NCBI GenBank assembly: GCA_002437285.1
Contig: DJOV01000096.1
Span: forward strand, 1-49,689
Direction of reading: 5' to 3'
Source of the DNA: Prevotella sp. UBA6429
GTDB taxonomy: Bacteria; Bacteroidota; Bacteroidia; Bacteroidales; Bacteroidaceae
DNA: 49,689 nucleotides
The notes under the pieces: generated by a model
The model's input: the letters and a program-made list of their open reading frames with translations, nothing else
Databases searched by the model: none
What the model was told of the DNA's origin: nothing
Translations under genes and position numbers: made by a program
Shown here: positions 9,997-18,717 of the stretch, one piece after another
How positions within the stretch are numbered: the first letter of the stretch is position 1
How the letters are laid out: the number at the start of each line of letters is the position of its first letter

Positions 9997-10860
9997 TCAG
10001 TCGACGCCTTGCACGCGGTAGCCTTGTGCCTTGAGCCGGCTGATGATGCCTTGCTCGCCCCCCAGCACGTAGCAGGGCAGGGCAAAGAGGGTGGGCTTGT
10101 CGCGCATGACCCGCTCCATGACCTGTACGGACTCCTGCGTCAGGAGGTTGCCTCCCATGGGGTTCATCGTGCCGCCAAGCGCTGCGGCTGCAGCGTCCAT
10201 GTCCTTGGCCTTGTAGGCCGCCACACTCTTGTCGATGGCGTCGAGCACCTCGTCCTGGTGGTCAAAGAAGATGGTGAAGGCCTTGGCTTGCATCTCCAGA
10301 GGCACGCTCTGGAGGAGTTTGGCGTATTCCTTGACATCGAAGATGCCACCCGTGGGCTCGTTGTTCTTCTTGGCCTGTGCGGCGAAGTACTGTTGGAAGG
10401 TGTGGGTCGGGTCGTATTCTCCCATGTGGTTGGCCACGAAGAGCAACTGTATGAAGTCTTCCAGGACAGCCAGCGGCGTGCGTCCGTTGTATCGTTTCTG
10501 GTTGTAGGCACTCTTCCAGCTCACCTCCGTGTATTTCTTGAGAAACCGGTCGAGCTGCTGCGTTTGCGGTTCGTTGAGCAGCGAGGCGAGCGTCTTGCCT
10601 GCGGGCAGTTTCCCGGCCTCTTTCAGCAGGGCGTCGTTGGCGGTGCGGTCGATGTCGAAATAGACCTGCTCCGTCTCGGTCATGGCCTCCTTCAGGCTGT
10701 CGATGCGGTCGACATAGCCCATGGGGTTGATGAAGTCGTGTGTGGCGACGATGTAGGAAGGCTTGGCCAGGCTGTCGGCTGTCACCTTGTAGAGCAGTTG
10801 TGCTGATGCGTTCACCGTGAGGCAGAGCGCTGCCAGGGCGGTGAGAATGATTTTTTTCAT
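9997..10860 (-). CDS. TraB/GumN family secreted protein
   Basis: Signal peptide, QLLYKV...KPSYIVATH and C-terminal GEQGIISRLKAQGYRV. Confidence 0.8.
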   Translation of the reverse strand: MKKIILTALAALCLTVNASAQLLYKVTADSLAKPSYIVATHDFINPMGYVDRIDSLKEAMTETEQVYFDIDRTANDALLKEAGKLPAGKTLASLLNEPQTQQLDRFLKKYTEVSWKSAYNQKRYNGRTPLAVLEDFIQLLFVANHMGEYDPTHTFQQYFAAQAKKNNEPTGGIFDVKEYAKLLQSVPLEMQAKAFTIFFDHQDEVLDAIDKSVAAYKAKDMDAAAAALGGTMNPMGGNLLTQESVQVMERVMRDKPTLFALPCYVLGGEQGIISRLKAQGYRVQGVD

Positions 10861-11927
10861 TGTGATAGTTGTTGTTGTTGGGTGATAGAGTGTTGTTGCG
10901 TTGTGGGTAGTGGGGTGGGGCGCTGCTGCGCGATGCGCTCCACGAAGCGCTGCAGGTCAGCCTTGAGCCTTGCGAACTCCGGCGACCGCATGAAGCCCGC
11001 GTTGCGTTTGAGCACGGGGGTGACGTTGTCCACGCTGCTGGTGTAGCACGACAGCTCGTTGCGGCGCTGCACGCCGTGCACGCTCTGTCGCTGTATCTCC
11101 TCCTCGCGCAGGCGCACCAGCTTGTCGCACACCTTGCGGAGCATGGGCGTCACCACCTTGTCGAAGAGGTGGTGGCCCTGTATGTAGAGGTACGTGTTGT
11201 CGGCGTTGACGCCCAGGGCTGCCAGGTCGTCCTTCACGCGCAGCCAGCTCTGCTTGGCGTCGGGATGCAGGCGGCGCAGCTGGTCGGCCTTCCTGGAGGC
11301 TTTGCGGCGCACGTTGCGGATGATGTCGTCGGCCTGCGCGAAGCCGAACTTGCCCATCTCGACGACTTTCAGGAAGTCGGTCATGGTAAACTGCCCGTAG
11401 TCGGCCGTGCGGTAGTACCAGATGTTCCACACGAAAAGCGGATAGATGGCCTGCGAGAAGTCGCGCAGGTATTGCTCCATGTCGAACACCTCGCGGTCGT
11501 TGAGCGTCACGGCCACGGCCACGTCGTGGAGCGAGGGCGCGTAGCATTGCAGGTTCTCGATGGCGTAGGCATAGGTGTGGAAGACGAAGGGGCTCTGCAG
11601 GATGCGGCGCGACGTCTCCGACGCCCCCTGTATGAGGTAGTCGTAGTCGGCGTCGACGCAGGCCACCATGTCGTGGCCCGTCTTGCCCTCGAGCATGCTC
11701 ATGAGAGCCGCCTTCTTGCCCCGTTCGAGGTGTTGCTCGCGCGAGGGCAGCATCACCTCGAAGCACACGCGGTCGGTCTCGACCTGCGAGAGGATCTGTC
11801 GCCAGAAGAACACGTCGTCGTAGCTCTCCACGTAGGCCACCACCTTGCGGCGCGCCCGCTTGGAGTTGAGGCGGTTGGCAGCCTCCAGGTAGGAGGACGT
11901 GAGGTTGTCTTTCAGTCGGTGTGACAT
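10857..11927 (-). CDS. DUF4435-type TOPRIM protein (AriB-like)
   Basis: TOPRIM acidic motifs YVESYDD, CVDADYD and YAIEN; directly downstream of an ABC ATPase. Confidence 0.82.
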   Translation of the reverse strand: MSHRLKDNLTSSYLEAANRLNSKRARRKVVAYVESYDDVFFWRQILSQVETDRVCFEVMLPSREQHLERGKKAALMSMLEGKTGHDMVACVDADYDYLIQGASETSRRILQSPFVFHTYAYAIENLQCYAPSLHDVAVAVTLNDREVFDMEQYLRDFSQAIYPLFVWNIWYYRTADYGQFTMTDFLKVVEMGKFGFAQADDIIRNVRRKASRKADQLRRLHPDAKQSWLRVKDDLAALGVNADNTYLYIQGHHLFDKVVTPMLRKVCDKLVRLREEEIQRQSVHGVQRRNELSCYTSSVDNVTPVLKRNAGFMRSPEFARLKADLQRFVERIAQQRPTPLPTTQQHSITQQQQLSQ

Positions 11928-11955
11928 GGTGTGCGCTCCTTTCTTGCTGTGGCGT

Positions 11956-12771
11956 TCAGACGGTGATGTCGCTCACCTCGGTCACCTTGTCCATCCAGCC
12001 GTTCATGATGACGGCCGGCGAGTGGGTGGTGAGGATGATCTGCACGTTGGGGTTGAGGTCGAGGATGAGGTCGATGAGCTGCTTCTGCCACTCCACGTGG
12101 AGGCTCACCTCGGGCTCGTCCATGAAGAGCACGTAGCTCTGCTGGTCCTCTACGAGCACGGTGAGCAGGATGGCCAGCATCTGCTTCTCGCCGCTCGAGA
12201 GCTGGTAGGGCACCAGCGTCTCGCCGATCTGGCTGAAGCGTATCTCGTTCTCGGTGCGCACGATGGTCTTGCCCGTGTCGGCGAAGAGGCGGTCGATGAT
12301 GTCCTGGAACTTGCGCTTGGGCTCGGAGATGCGCTGCGCCTGCTCAGTGGCGTCGGGCTGTCCGCTCTGCAGGGCGGCGATGATGCGGTTGCCGATGTTG
12401 ACCTGGTAGTCGAGATACTTGCGCTGGAGCTTGAAGAGCTGCCAGTCGAGCTCGGTGGCCAGCGACACGTCCATCTTCGACACCGTGTCGGCGTTGATGA
12501 GCGGGCGGTCGAAGCTGCGGATGATGTCGAACCGTATCCACTTGGCGTCCTCGGGGCACACCTTGAGCTTCACGCCCTTGAGCAGGTGGCTGGGAAACTC
12601 GCCCCCGGCCGACAGGCCCTTCACCACCTTGTTGAGGATGGTCGACTTGCCCACGCCGTTGACGCCGCTCAGGATGTTGACCTTGCGGTCGAGGTTCCAC
12701 ACGATGTGCTTCTTGCCGCTCCAGAGCGACTCGATCTCTATCTGCTCAATATGGTCGACGTATTTCTGCAT
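11956..12771 (-). CDS. ABC-type (AAA_15/AAA_21) ATPase, AriA-like
   Basis: Walker A GVNGVGKST, signature LSSGEKQ, Walker B MDEPEVSLH, H-loop TTHSP; no permease nearby. Confidence 0.9.
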   Translation of the reverse strand: MQKYVDHIEQIEIESLWSGKKHIVWNLDRKVNILSGVNGVGKSTILNKVVKGLSAGGEFPSHLLKGVKLKVCPEDAKWIRFDIIRSFDRPLINADTVSKMDVSLATELDWQLFKLQRKYLDYQVNIGNRIIAALQSGQPDATEQAQRISEPKRKFQDIIDRLFADTGKTIVRTENEIRFSQIGETLVPYQLSSGEKQMLAILLTVLVEDQQSYVLFMDEPEVSLHVEWQKQLIDLILDLNPNVQIILTTHSPAVIMNGWMDKVTEVSDITV

Positions 12772-12812
12772 GGTTCAAAAGGTTTGTCGGTGGGCGATGG
12801 CGCTCACTGTTG

Positions 12813-12935
12813 CAAAAATACAAAAACAATCTGGAAAACAATTTCTTTTTCACACTTTTTGTGGCTCTTTTCTTTTGTCCCCGTCCACTTTGTTGCCGCA
12901 TGGCTTGTCCGCCTTGTGATTTTTGGCTACCTTTG
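12813..12935. promoter_or_regulatory. divergent sigma-A promoters (ATPase operon / DMT gene)
   Basis: Minus-strand TATTTTTG at 12813-12820; plus-strand CTTG (12904)-N20-TACCTTTG (12928-12935). Confidence 0.65.
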
Positions 12936-13021
12936 CAGGGGCGTAAGGGGCCGAGGGACTCCTTTTGTCCTGTTTTTTAGGGTGGCAAACGGCCATCCGA
13001 AAGGGTAACAAACGATAAGCA

Positions 13022-13939
13022 ATGAAGAACAAACCTTTGCAGGCCCATCTCAGCATGTTCTCGGCTGAGGCCATGTGGGGCCTCATGTCGCCTGTGGGCA
13101 AGGATGCCATGAACCATGGCATCGACGGATTGTCAATGGTCAGTTTTCGTGTGGCGGGCGCCGCCCTGCTGTTCTGGATAGCCTCGCTGCTGGCTGGGCG
13201 CGAGCGCATCCCGACACGCGACGTGCTACTCTTGGCCGGTGCGGCCCTGTTGGGCGTTGTCTTCAACCAGTGCCTGTTCACCATCGGCCTGAGCGTCACC
13301 TCGCCCATCAACGCCAGCATCGTCACCACCTCCATGCCCATCTTCGCCATGGTGCTCTCGTTTCTCATCCTCGGCGAGCCCATCACGGTGAAGAAGGCCA
13401 GTGGCGTGCTCATCGGTTGCACGGGTGCGGTCATCCTCATCCTTGCCAGCGCCACGGCGGGCAGTGCCAAGGTGGGCGACATACGTGGCGACCTGATGTG
13501 CATCTGCGCCCAGCTGTCGTTTGCCCTTTATCTCTCCTTATACAACAAGATGGTGCGCAAGTACAACGCCTTCACGGTCAACAAGTGGATGTTCACCTGG
13601 GCCGCCGTGTTCGTGGTGCCCGTGTCATCGGGCCACCTGGCCGCGTTGCCTTGGGCCTCACTCACCACCACCACGTGGATGGAGGTGGGCTTCGTGGTGT
13701 TCTTCGGCACCTTCGTCAGTTACCTGCTCTCTATCGTGGCCCAGGGCGTGCTGCGCCCCACGGTGGTCAGCGTCTACAACTATGTGCAGCCCATCGTCTC
13801 CGTCACGGTGAGCGTGCTCACGGGTCTGGGTGTCTTCACGTGGCCGCAGGGCGTGGCCGTCATCCTGGTGTTCTCGGGCGTCTGGCTCGTGGTCAAGAGC
13901 AAGTCGAAGCGCGACCTGCAGGCCCCCGAGAAGCGATGA
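13022..13939 (+). CDS. EamA/DMT family transporter
   Basis: About 10 hydrophobic helices in two repeats; LGEPITVKK and YNYVQPIV motifs. Confidence 0.93.
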   Translation: MKNKPLQAHLSMFSAEAMWGLMSPVGKDAMNHGIDGLSMVSFRVAGAALLFWIASLLAGRERIPTRDVLLLAGAALLGVVFNQCLFTIGLSVTSPINASIVTTSMPIFAMVLSFLILGEPITVKKASGVLIGCTGAVILILASATAGSAKVGDIRGDLMCICAQLSFALYLSLYNKMVRKYNAFTVNKWMFTWAAVFVVPVSSGHLAALPWASLTTTTWMEVGFVVFFGTFVSYLLSIVAQGVLRPTVVSVYNYVQPIVSVTVSVLTGLGVFTWPQGVAVILVFSGVWLVVKSKSKRDLQAPEKR

Positions 13940-14407
13940 CGCGCCTTTGCCCGGGCGAGGGCACGCCGTGGCGCTCACGATGGGTGCCCCGTCTCGAAGC
14001 CTCGGTATAACTCTTCCGATGGCATTTGCATCCCGCTGAATGTCAATGGGTTGCAAAAGGCAATAAACAATAGCTATTATTTTTAGGATGTAAGCTTTTA
14101 TTTCCTGCGATAGGATGCCAATCGACGTGTTGTTCCTATCTGATAGAGTCTTGTTCAGCCTTTCAGTGTGCTGAGATAGGGCTCCAACCAGCTGCTTGCG
14201 CGGGGTTAATACACCTTAATACGTTTTGCCCTCGAATCCTGCTGGACAAAAAATGAAGGAACAACAGGGTGGATGTAACAACGCAATATTTGCGATAATT
14301 CCAGTTTCTTTAAGTCTTATCCATCAGTAAAATGGATATAGATGCCTAATTGTTGCGAAAATCATCATATTTTTGCTAAATTGTTTTATTTTTTGAGTTT
14401 TAATTGA

Positions 14408-14415
14408 TACTTTTG
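14408..14415 (+). promoter_or_regulatory. sigma-A -7 element upstream of the RiPP precursor
   Basis: TACTTTTG followed by CA. Confidence 0.5.
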
Positions 14416-14569
14416 CAAAGTATACTTCTTGTTTAAGAAGAATTTGAAAGTGAGACTGACTCGGATTTATGAAATTGCATAATAGTGCTGACCATACGGT
14501 GGGCAACTGCCATTAAAGGAGCGAATGCCGAAAAGCTATACGAGTAGGTTAATATTTATAGTATTAGAG

Positions 14570-14758
14570 ATGAATCCTTTATTAGAAGAAGACGGACTGT
14601 TGATGGGAGGTTTTAGCAGCATAGAACCTCTTCATGTAAACCAAGATTCCATCTACAATGGTAATTGTAGTAGAGACTCTGGTTGGGTGAATGGAAATTG
14701 CGCTTGCAAGGATTGTGGTGGTGTCATTGTTACTAATCCAACAGCACCTGCAAAGTGA
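14570..14758 (+). CDS. putative RiPP precursor peptide (62 aa; 77 aa if the ATG at 14525 is used)
   Basis: MNPLLEEDGLLMGGF leader and core with YNGNC...WVNGNCACKDC; immediately upstream of a radical SAM/SPASM gene. Confidence 0.8.
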   Translation: MNPLLEEDGLLMGGFSSIEPLHVNQDSIYNGNCSRDSGWVNGNCACKDCGGVIVTNPTAPAK

Positions 14759-14807
14759 TTTAAGTTTAGAAAGAGACATTCTTTCCATGCTAAATTAATT
14801 GCTATGC

Positions 14808-14850
14808 ACAACATTGGAGGCTATATCAAACACATTGTCTCCAATGTTGT
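14808..14850 (+). promoter_or_regulatory. intergenic stem-loop between precursor and maturase
   Basis: Perfect 12-bp inverted repeat ACAACATTGGAG / CTCCAATGTTGT. Confidence 0.7.
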
Positions 14851-14898
14851 TGGCGTTTGAAAAGATATTGATATTCATTTCTTGATCATTGCAGTTTT

Positions 14899-16180
14899 AT
14901 GTATTGGAGTAAGTATAATAGGATATATGAAATTTCCGAAAAAGAATCTGTTGTTTTCAATTATGCGTGGAATAAATCTTTGTTGGTTGTGAATGAGTTA
15001 GTGGATCTTATCAAGCGTAATATTAATAGCATAGATAGTATTCGCGATGTTCATCCGACATTTTTCAAGGCTCTATTAGTCAACAATATGGCAGTTCCCG
15101 ATTTTAAGGACGAGGTTCTTGCTGTAAAGAAACATATTCTGTCAGAACTTTATAATAATGAAGTTCTTAGGCTTACCATCAATCCTACTTTAGATTGCAA
15201 TCTCAATTGTTGGTATTGTTATGAAAAACATGACAAGAATGCTTACATGAGTGAGCGAACTTTGCTTTCGTTAGTCCATTTAGTCAGATATCAAGTGTCT
15301 AAAGGGGTAAGGCAGGTGCAATTGTCTTTTTTTGGCGGTGAGCCATTGCTGGGATTTTACAAACGAGCCTTTCCTATAATAGAATCTGTCAACAGAATAT
15401 GTATGGAGAGGGGGCATTGGCTTGAAATTGCATTTTACAACAAATGGGGTCTTGTTGTCCCGTAATGTTGTAGATAAGATTTCTCAATTCAATCTACCGA
15501 CAAGTTTTCAAATAGCGTTTGACGGAAATCGACAATATCATAACACGATGAAGAAGCTTCACGGGGAAGGAACTTTTGATATTGTGTTGAGAAATGTGAG
15601 ATATGCTTTGAGGCAGCATATTAGAATAAATGTGAGCTGCAATTACACATTAAGAAACATTTCCTCATTTCATGAATTGTTTGACGAATTAGGAAATTGG
15701 GAAGATGTGGATAAATCATTGATTTCTGTGTCTTTGCAGCGGATATGGCAAGAGAAACCAACTGAAGAATTATATATCAAGGCAAAATCTCTGAATGAAT
15801 ATATTTGTAAATTGGGATTTGCGAGTAGCGTTGCTAATTCTTACTGCGCTAATTCCTATTGCTATGCGGATTATAACAATTCATACGTTATCAATTACAA
15901 TGGAGATGTGTATAAATGTACTGCGAGAGAATTTGATGGCACACATAAGGTGGGAGAAATAGATTCGTTAGGTTTGTTGAAAAGAACGAGTGACGCTTAT
16001 TTGCCAGAGTCTAAATTTAAAGATTATCGCGATAGCTGTATGTTATTGCCAATTTGTACAATATGTTTGCAAACGCATATGGAAAATCCTAATGATGCGT
16101 GCCCCAAAGCGATTTCTGATGAGGACATGGAAATTGATATTAGAAATCTTTTTGATGCCATGTATGGAAAGCGAATATAG
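14899..16180 (+). pseudogene. radical SAM/SPASM peptide maturase, split by a one-base insertion
   Basis: CxxxCxxC (DCNLNCWYC) and FFGGEPLL in ORF 14899-15465; FTTNG, AFDG and SPASM motifs (CYAD...GDVYKCT...CMLLPICTIC...CP) in ORF 15422-16180; removing one G from the run at 15410-15414 fuses them into 426 aa. Confidence 0.88.
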
Positions 16181-16209
16181 AGTTAAGTTATTTGTAAAAT
16201 AAAAACATT

Positions 16210-18480
16210 ATGAAAATTCTTTATTTAACAATATTGGGCATGCTTCCATGTCGGGGACAGAAAATAGTGGGCCGCGTGGCCGATGCCAGTGGTCAGCCCC
16301 TTGCGGGCGCAACAGTCATGTTGCTGTCCTCCTCCGACTCCGCTTACATTGCGGGCACCATCACAAACGCAGACGGTCGCTTCGCCATAGACGCTAAAAA
16401 GCGCGAGGCGATTGTTTCAGCCCAGTGCCTGGGATATAAGCGGCAATTTGCCAAGGACAGTCTCGGCGATGGGCAGGACAGCCTTGTGGTCGATTTCAAG
16501 ATGGACGCTGACGCACGTCTCCTGGGTGAGGTGGTGGTCAAGGGCGACCGCATCGTCAACAACGCCCACGGGTACAGCATGCGCCCCAGTGGGACAGGAC
16601 TTGAGAAAAGCAATACGATGCAAGAGATGCTGGCGTTTCTCCCGGGCTTGAACGTGTCGGAAGGCAAGGTAATGCTGATGGGAAATCTCCCGACCATCTA
16701 TGTCAACGGCGTCAAGATTACATCGCAGGAGGAACTTGCGGCCTTGCTCCCCACCCAGATAGACAAGATAGAGGTCGATTACCTGACGGTGGGCGAGGGT
16801 GCCAACGAGAAAGGCGGCGTCCTGCGCATCACGACGAAGAAACCCAAGGACGGAGGCTACGCGGGATTTCTGAGAGCAGAGAGCGAGGTCATGCCCAAGT
16901 ATGGCTACGTCTATGGGACGCCCACGCTTGCCGTCAACGCAAGCCAAGGTAAATGGAGCGTCAGCTACTATGCGCTCTATGCCAATCAGAAACTGCTGGA
17001 AGACGCCTCGAACAGCTACCTCTATGCCGACGGCCGAAGAAAGGATTACTTTTCCAAGACACGCTCGTGGAGCAACGCCCTGCGCACGCGTCTGAATATC
17101 AGTTATGATCTGTCCAAGCGTTCCACGTTGGCGGTGTCGGAGTATATCGGGAACGCTGATGTCAAGAACAAGCAACACAGCTCCATCCTTGATAATGACA
17201 ACGACAGTGAGGAGACGGATCAGGTCTACCTGCACGGCCCGGAAAGCACCTTCGCGCAGCAAACGGTGGCCAAGTATGTCCTGACGACCGACGACCGGGG
17301 CTCTAACCTTGACGTCACGGCCGACTATCTGCTGCAGAACCATCACAAGTCGCAAACGGAGGAAACAAACGAGGTCACCACCTTCGAGGACAAGACAAGG
17401 GAAAAGACGCAACTGTTGCATTTCGCCCCGAAGTACACGCTCTGCTTCGCCAACGGCAACAAGCTCGAGACGGGCGCCGGATACCAGTACATCCATTACA
17501 ACGACTTGACAGCAGAGGTGGCAAACAGGGTCGACATACACATCCCCACTGCCTACGCCAACTTTTCCGGCAGGAGCAAGATGGTCATGTACAGCGCGGG
17601 CTTGACCCTGCAGCGCAACCACATGAAGGTGGCCACGCAAGGCACGGAGACCACGTTTGCCGACAACTACCTCTGCCCCCAGGCCATGCTCGTGTGGATG
17701 GTCAGCCCGAAGAAGGGCACCATGCTGAGGCTGATGTACCAGAATACGGTGGAGGACATGCCCTACAGCGTGGTCAACAGTTACAAGGTCTACTCCAATC
17801 CCGGCTATTACACCACGGGCAACCCGTCGCTCGTCACGCCACGCGACCACTCGGTCATGGCAGCCTTCTCGCTCAACAGGCACATCCAGGCCACGCTGCT
17901 CTATGAGCGCATCCTGGACCCCATCTATTACGCGCATGGGACGGAAGGCGACGTGACATGGGCAAGGCCCGAGAACGGCGACTACGAGCAGGCCTTCGGC
18001 GCTCGTGTGGAAGCGAGCCTCTCGCCCGTCAAGTGGTGGACCACCAAGGTGCAGGCGGCGGCCCTGCAGTCGAGATTCCGCTCGGCGCAGGAGACCATCA
18101 ACGGTCAGTGGTGCGGCAAGTTCTGGTGGAACAACCAGTTCAACTTCTCACCGTCTTGTGGCGGATCGCTGAACGCTTACTGGGAGACCAGGAGCAGCAT
18201 CGAACATTATTACCTGAAGCCCGTGGGCAATGTCGACGCCTCCCTGTGGAAGACGCTGTGCCACGATAAGCTGCGCCTGTCGCTCGAATCCACGCTGTGG
18301 GCCAAGGGACGCCAGCGGAGAACCGACGGCAGCGATGTCACGGCGTATTACCACAACCGGACCAAGCCCACCTCATTCCTTTTCGGCGTTACCTGGAACT
18401 TCTCCGGAGGAAAGCGAGTGCGCCAGCGCATGGAGGCCGAGAGCACACAGCAATACCATAAGATAGAGGAGAAAAAATGA
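16210..18480 (+). CDS. outer-membrane beta-barrel protein with N-terminal carboxypeptidase-regulatory-like domain (TonB-dependent-receptor-like)
   Basis: GRVADASGQPLAGATV...DGRF domain, LGEVVVKG, plug-like LAFLPG...IYVNG...IDKIEV...GGVLRITTK, terminal strand FGVTWNF. Confidence 0.85.
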   Translation: MKILYLTILGMLPCRGQKIVGRVADASGQPLAGATVMLLSSSDSAYIAGTITNADGRFAIDAKKREAIVSAQCLGYKRQFAKDSLGDGQDSLVVDFKMDADARLLGEVVVKGDRIVNNAHGYSMRPSGTGLEKSNTMQEMLAFLPGLNVSEGKVMLMGNLPTIYVNGVKITSQEELAALLPTQIDKIEVDYLTVGEGANEKGGVLRITTKKPKDGGYAGFLRAESEVMPKYGYVYGTPTLAVNASQGKWSVSYYALYANQKLLEDASNSYLYADGRRKDYFSKTRSWSNALRTRLNISYDLSKRSTLAVSEYIGNADVKNKQHSSILDNDNDSEETDQVYLHGPESTFAQQTVAKYVLTTDDRGSNLDVTADYLLQNHHKSQTEETNEVTTFEDKTREKTQLLHFAPKYTLCFANGNKLETGAGYQYIHYNDLTAEVANRVDIHIPTAYANFSGRSKMVMYSAGLTLQRNHMKVATQGTETTFADNYLCPQAMLVWMVSPKKGTMLRLMYQNTVEDMPYSVVNSYKVYSNPGYYTTGNPSLVTPRDHSVMAAFSLNRHIQATLLYERILDPIYYAHGTEGDVTWARPENGDYEQAFGARVEASLSPVKWWTTKVQAAALQSRFRSAQETINGQWCGKFWWNNQFNFSPSCGGSLNAYWETRSSIEHYYLKPVGNVDASLWKTLCHDKLRLSLESTLWAKGRQRRTDGSDVTAYYHNRTKPTSFLFGVTWNFSGGKRVRQRMEAESTQQYHKIEEKK

Positions 18481-18587
18481 GAAATGAGCCCCTCTTGACG
18501 AACAAAAAGACGTGGAGACGGGCCGCGGAAAGGCATGAAAAGTAACGAATACCACAAAGATGGTATGCAATATGACACGTTTTAGCG

Positions 18588-18619
18588 ATTGTGGATTTCA
18601 AAAAGTCGCAGTACCTTTG
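18588..18619 (+). promoter_or_regulatory. sigma-A promoter of metY-cysK
   Basis: ATTG-N20-TACCTTTG. Confidence 0.65.
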
Positions 18620-18717
18620 CAACCGTGAACAGTTAATATCAATAAATGTATTAAACCAACCCACCGCCGACCTCTCATCAGGGCCCACGGCGGCCAAAAC
18701 AAAGAAAGGGAAAAACA

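Larger units (their letters stand above)
14050..16240. other. AT-rich, probably horizontally acquired cassette
   Basis: Hand count: 14941-15000 has 18/60 G+C versus 37/60 at 13321-13380; boundaries approximate; no integrase or transposase seen. Confidence 0.85.

Noticed and set aside
10857..10930. Gln-rich C-terminal tail of the DUF4435-type protein as a functional domain
   Set aside because: Looks like read-through of the CAA-rich translation-initiation region of the next gene
14253..14516. Extra small peptides MKEQQGGCNNAIF... (14253-14330) and MKLHNSADHTVGNCH (14469-14516) as additional precursors
   Set aside because: Very short, lack the GxLxGGF leader and a true NxxC repeat; expected by chance
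14899..16180. Two separate genes (188 aa and 252 aa)
   Set aside because: The radical SAM barrel motifs continue across the junction after a one-base correction
14050..16240. IS, prophage or integrative element
   Set aside because: No transposase, integrase, tRNA target or terminal repeats found; only a composition anomaly
18620..18717. SAM riboswitch upstream of metY
   Set aside because: Only a CCGCCG/CGGCGG hairpin; no SAM-I or SAM-II consensus recognisable
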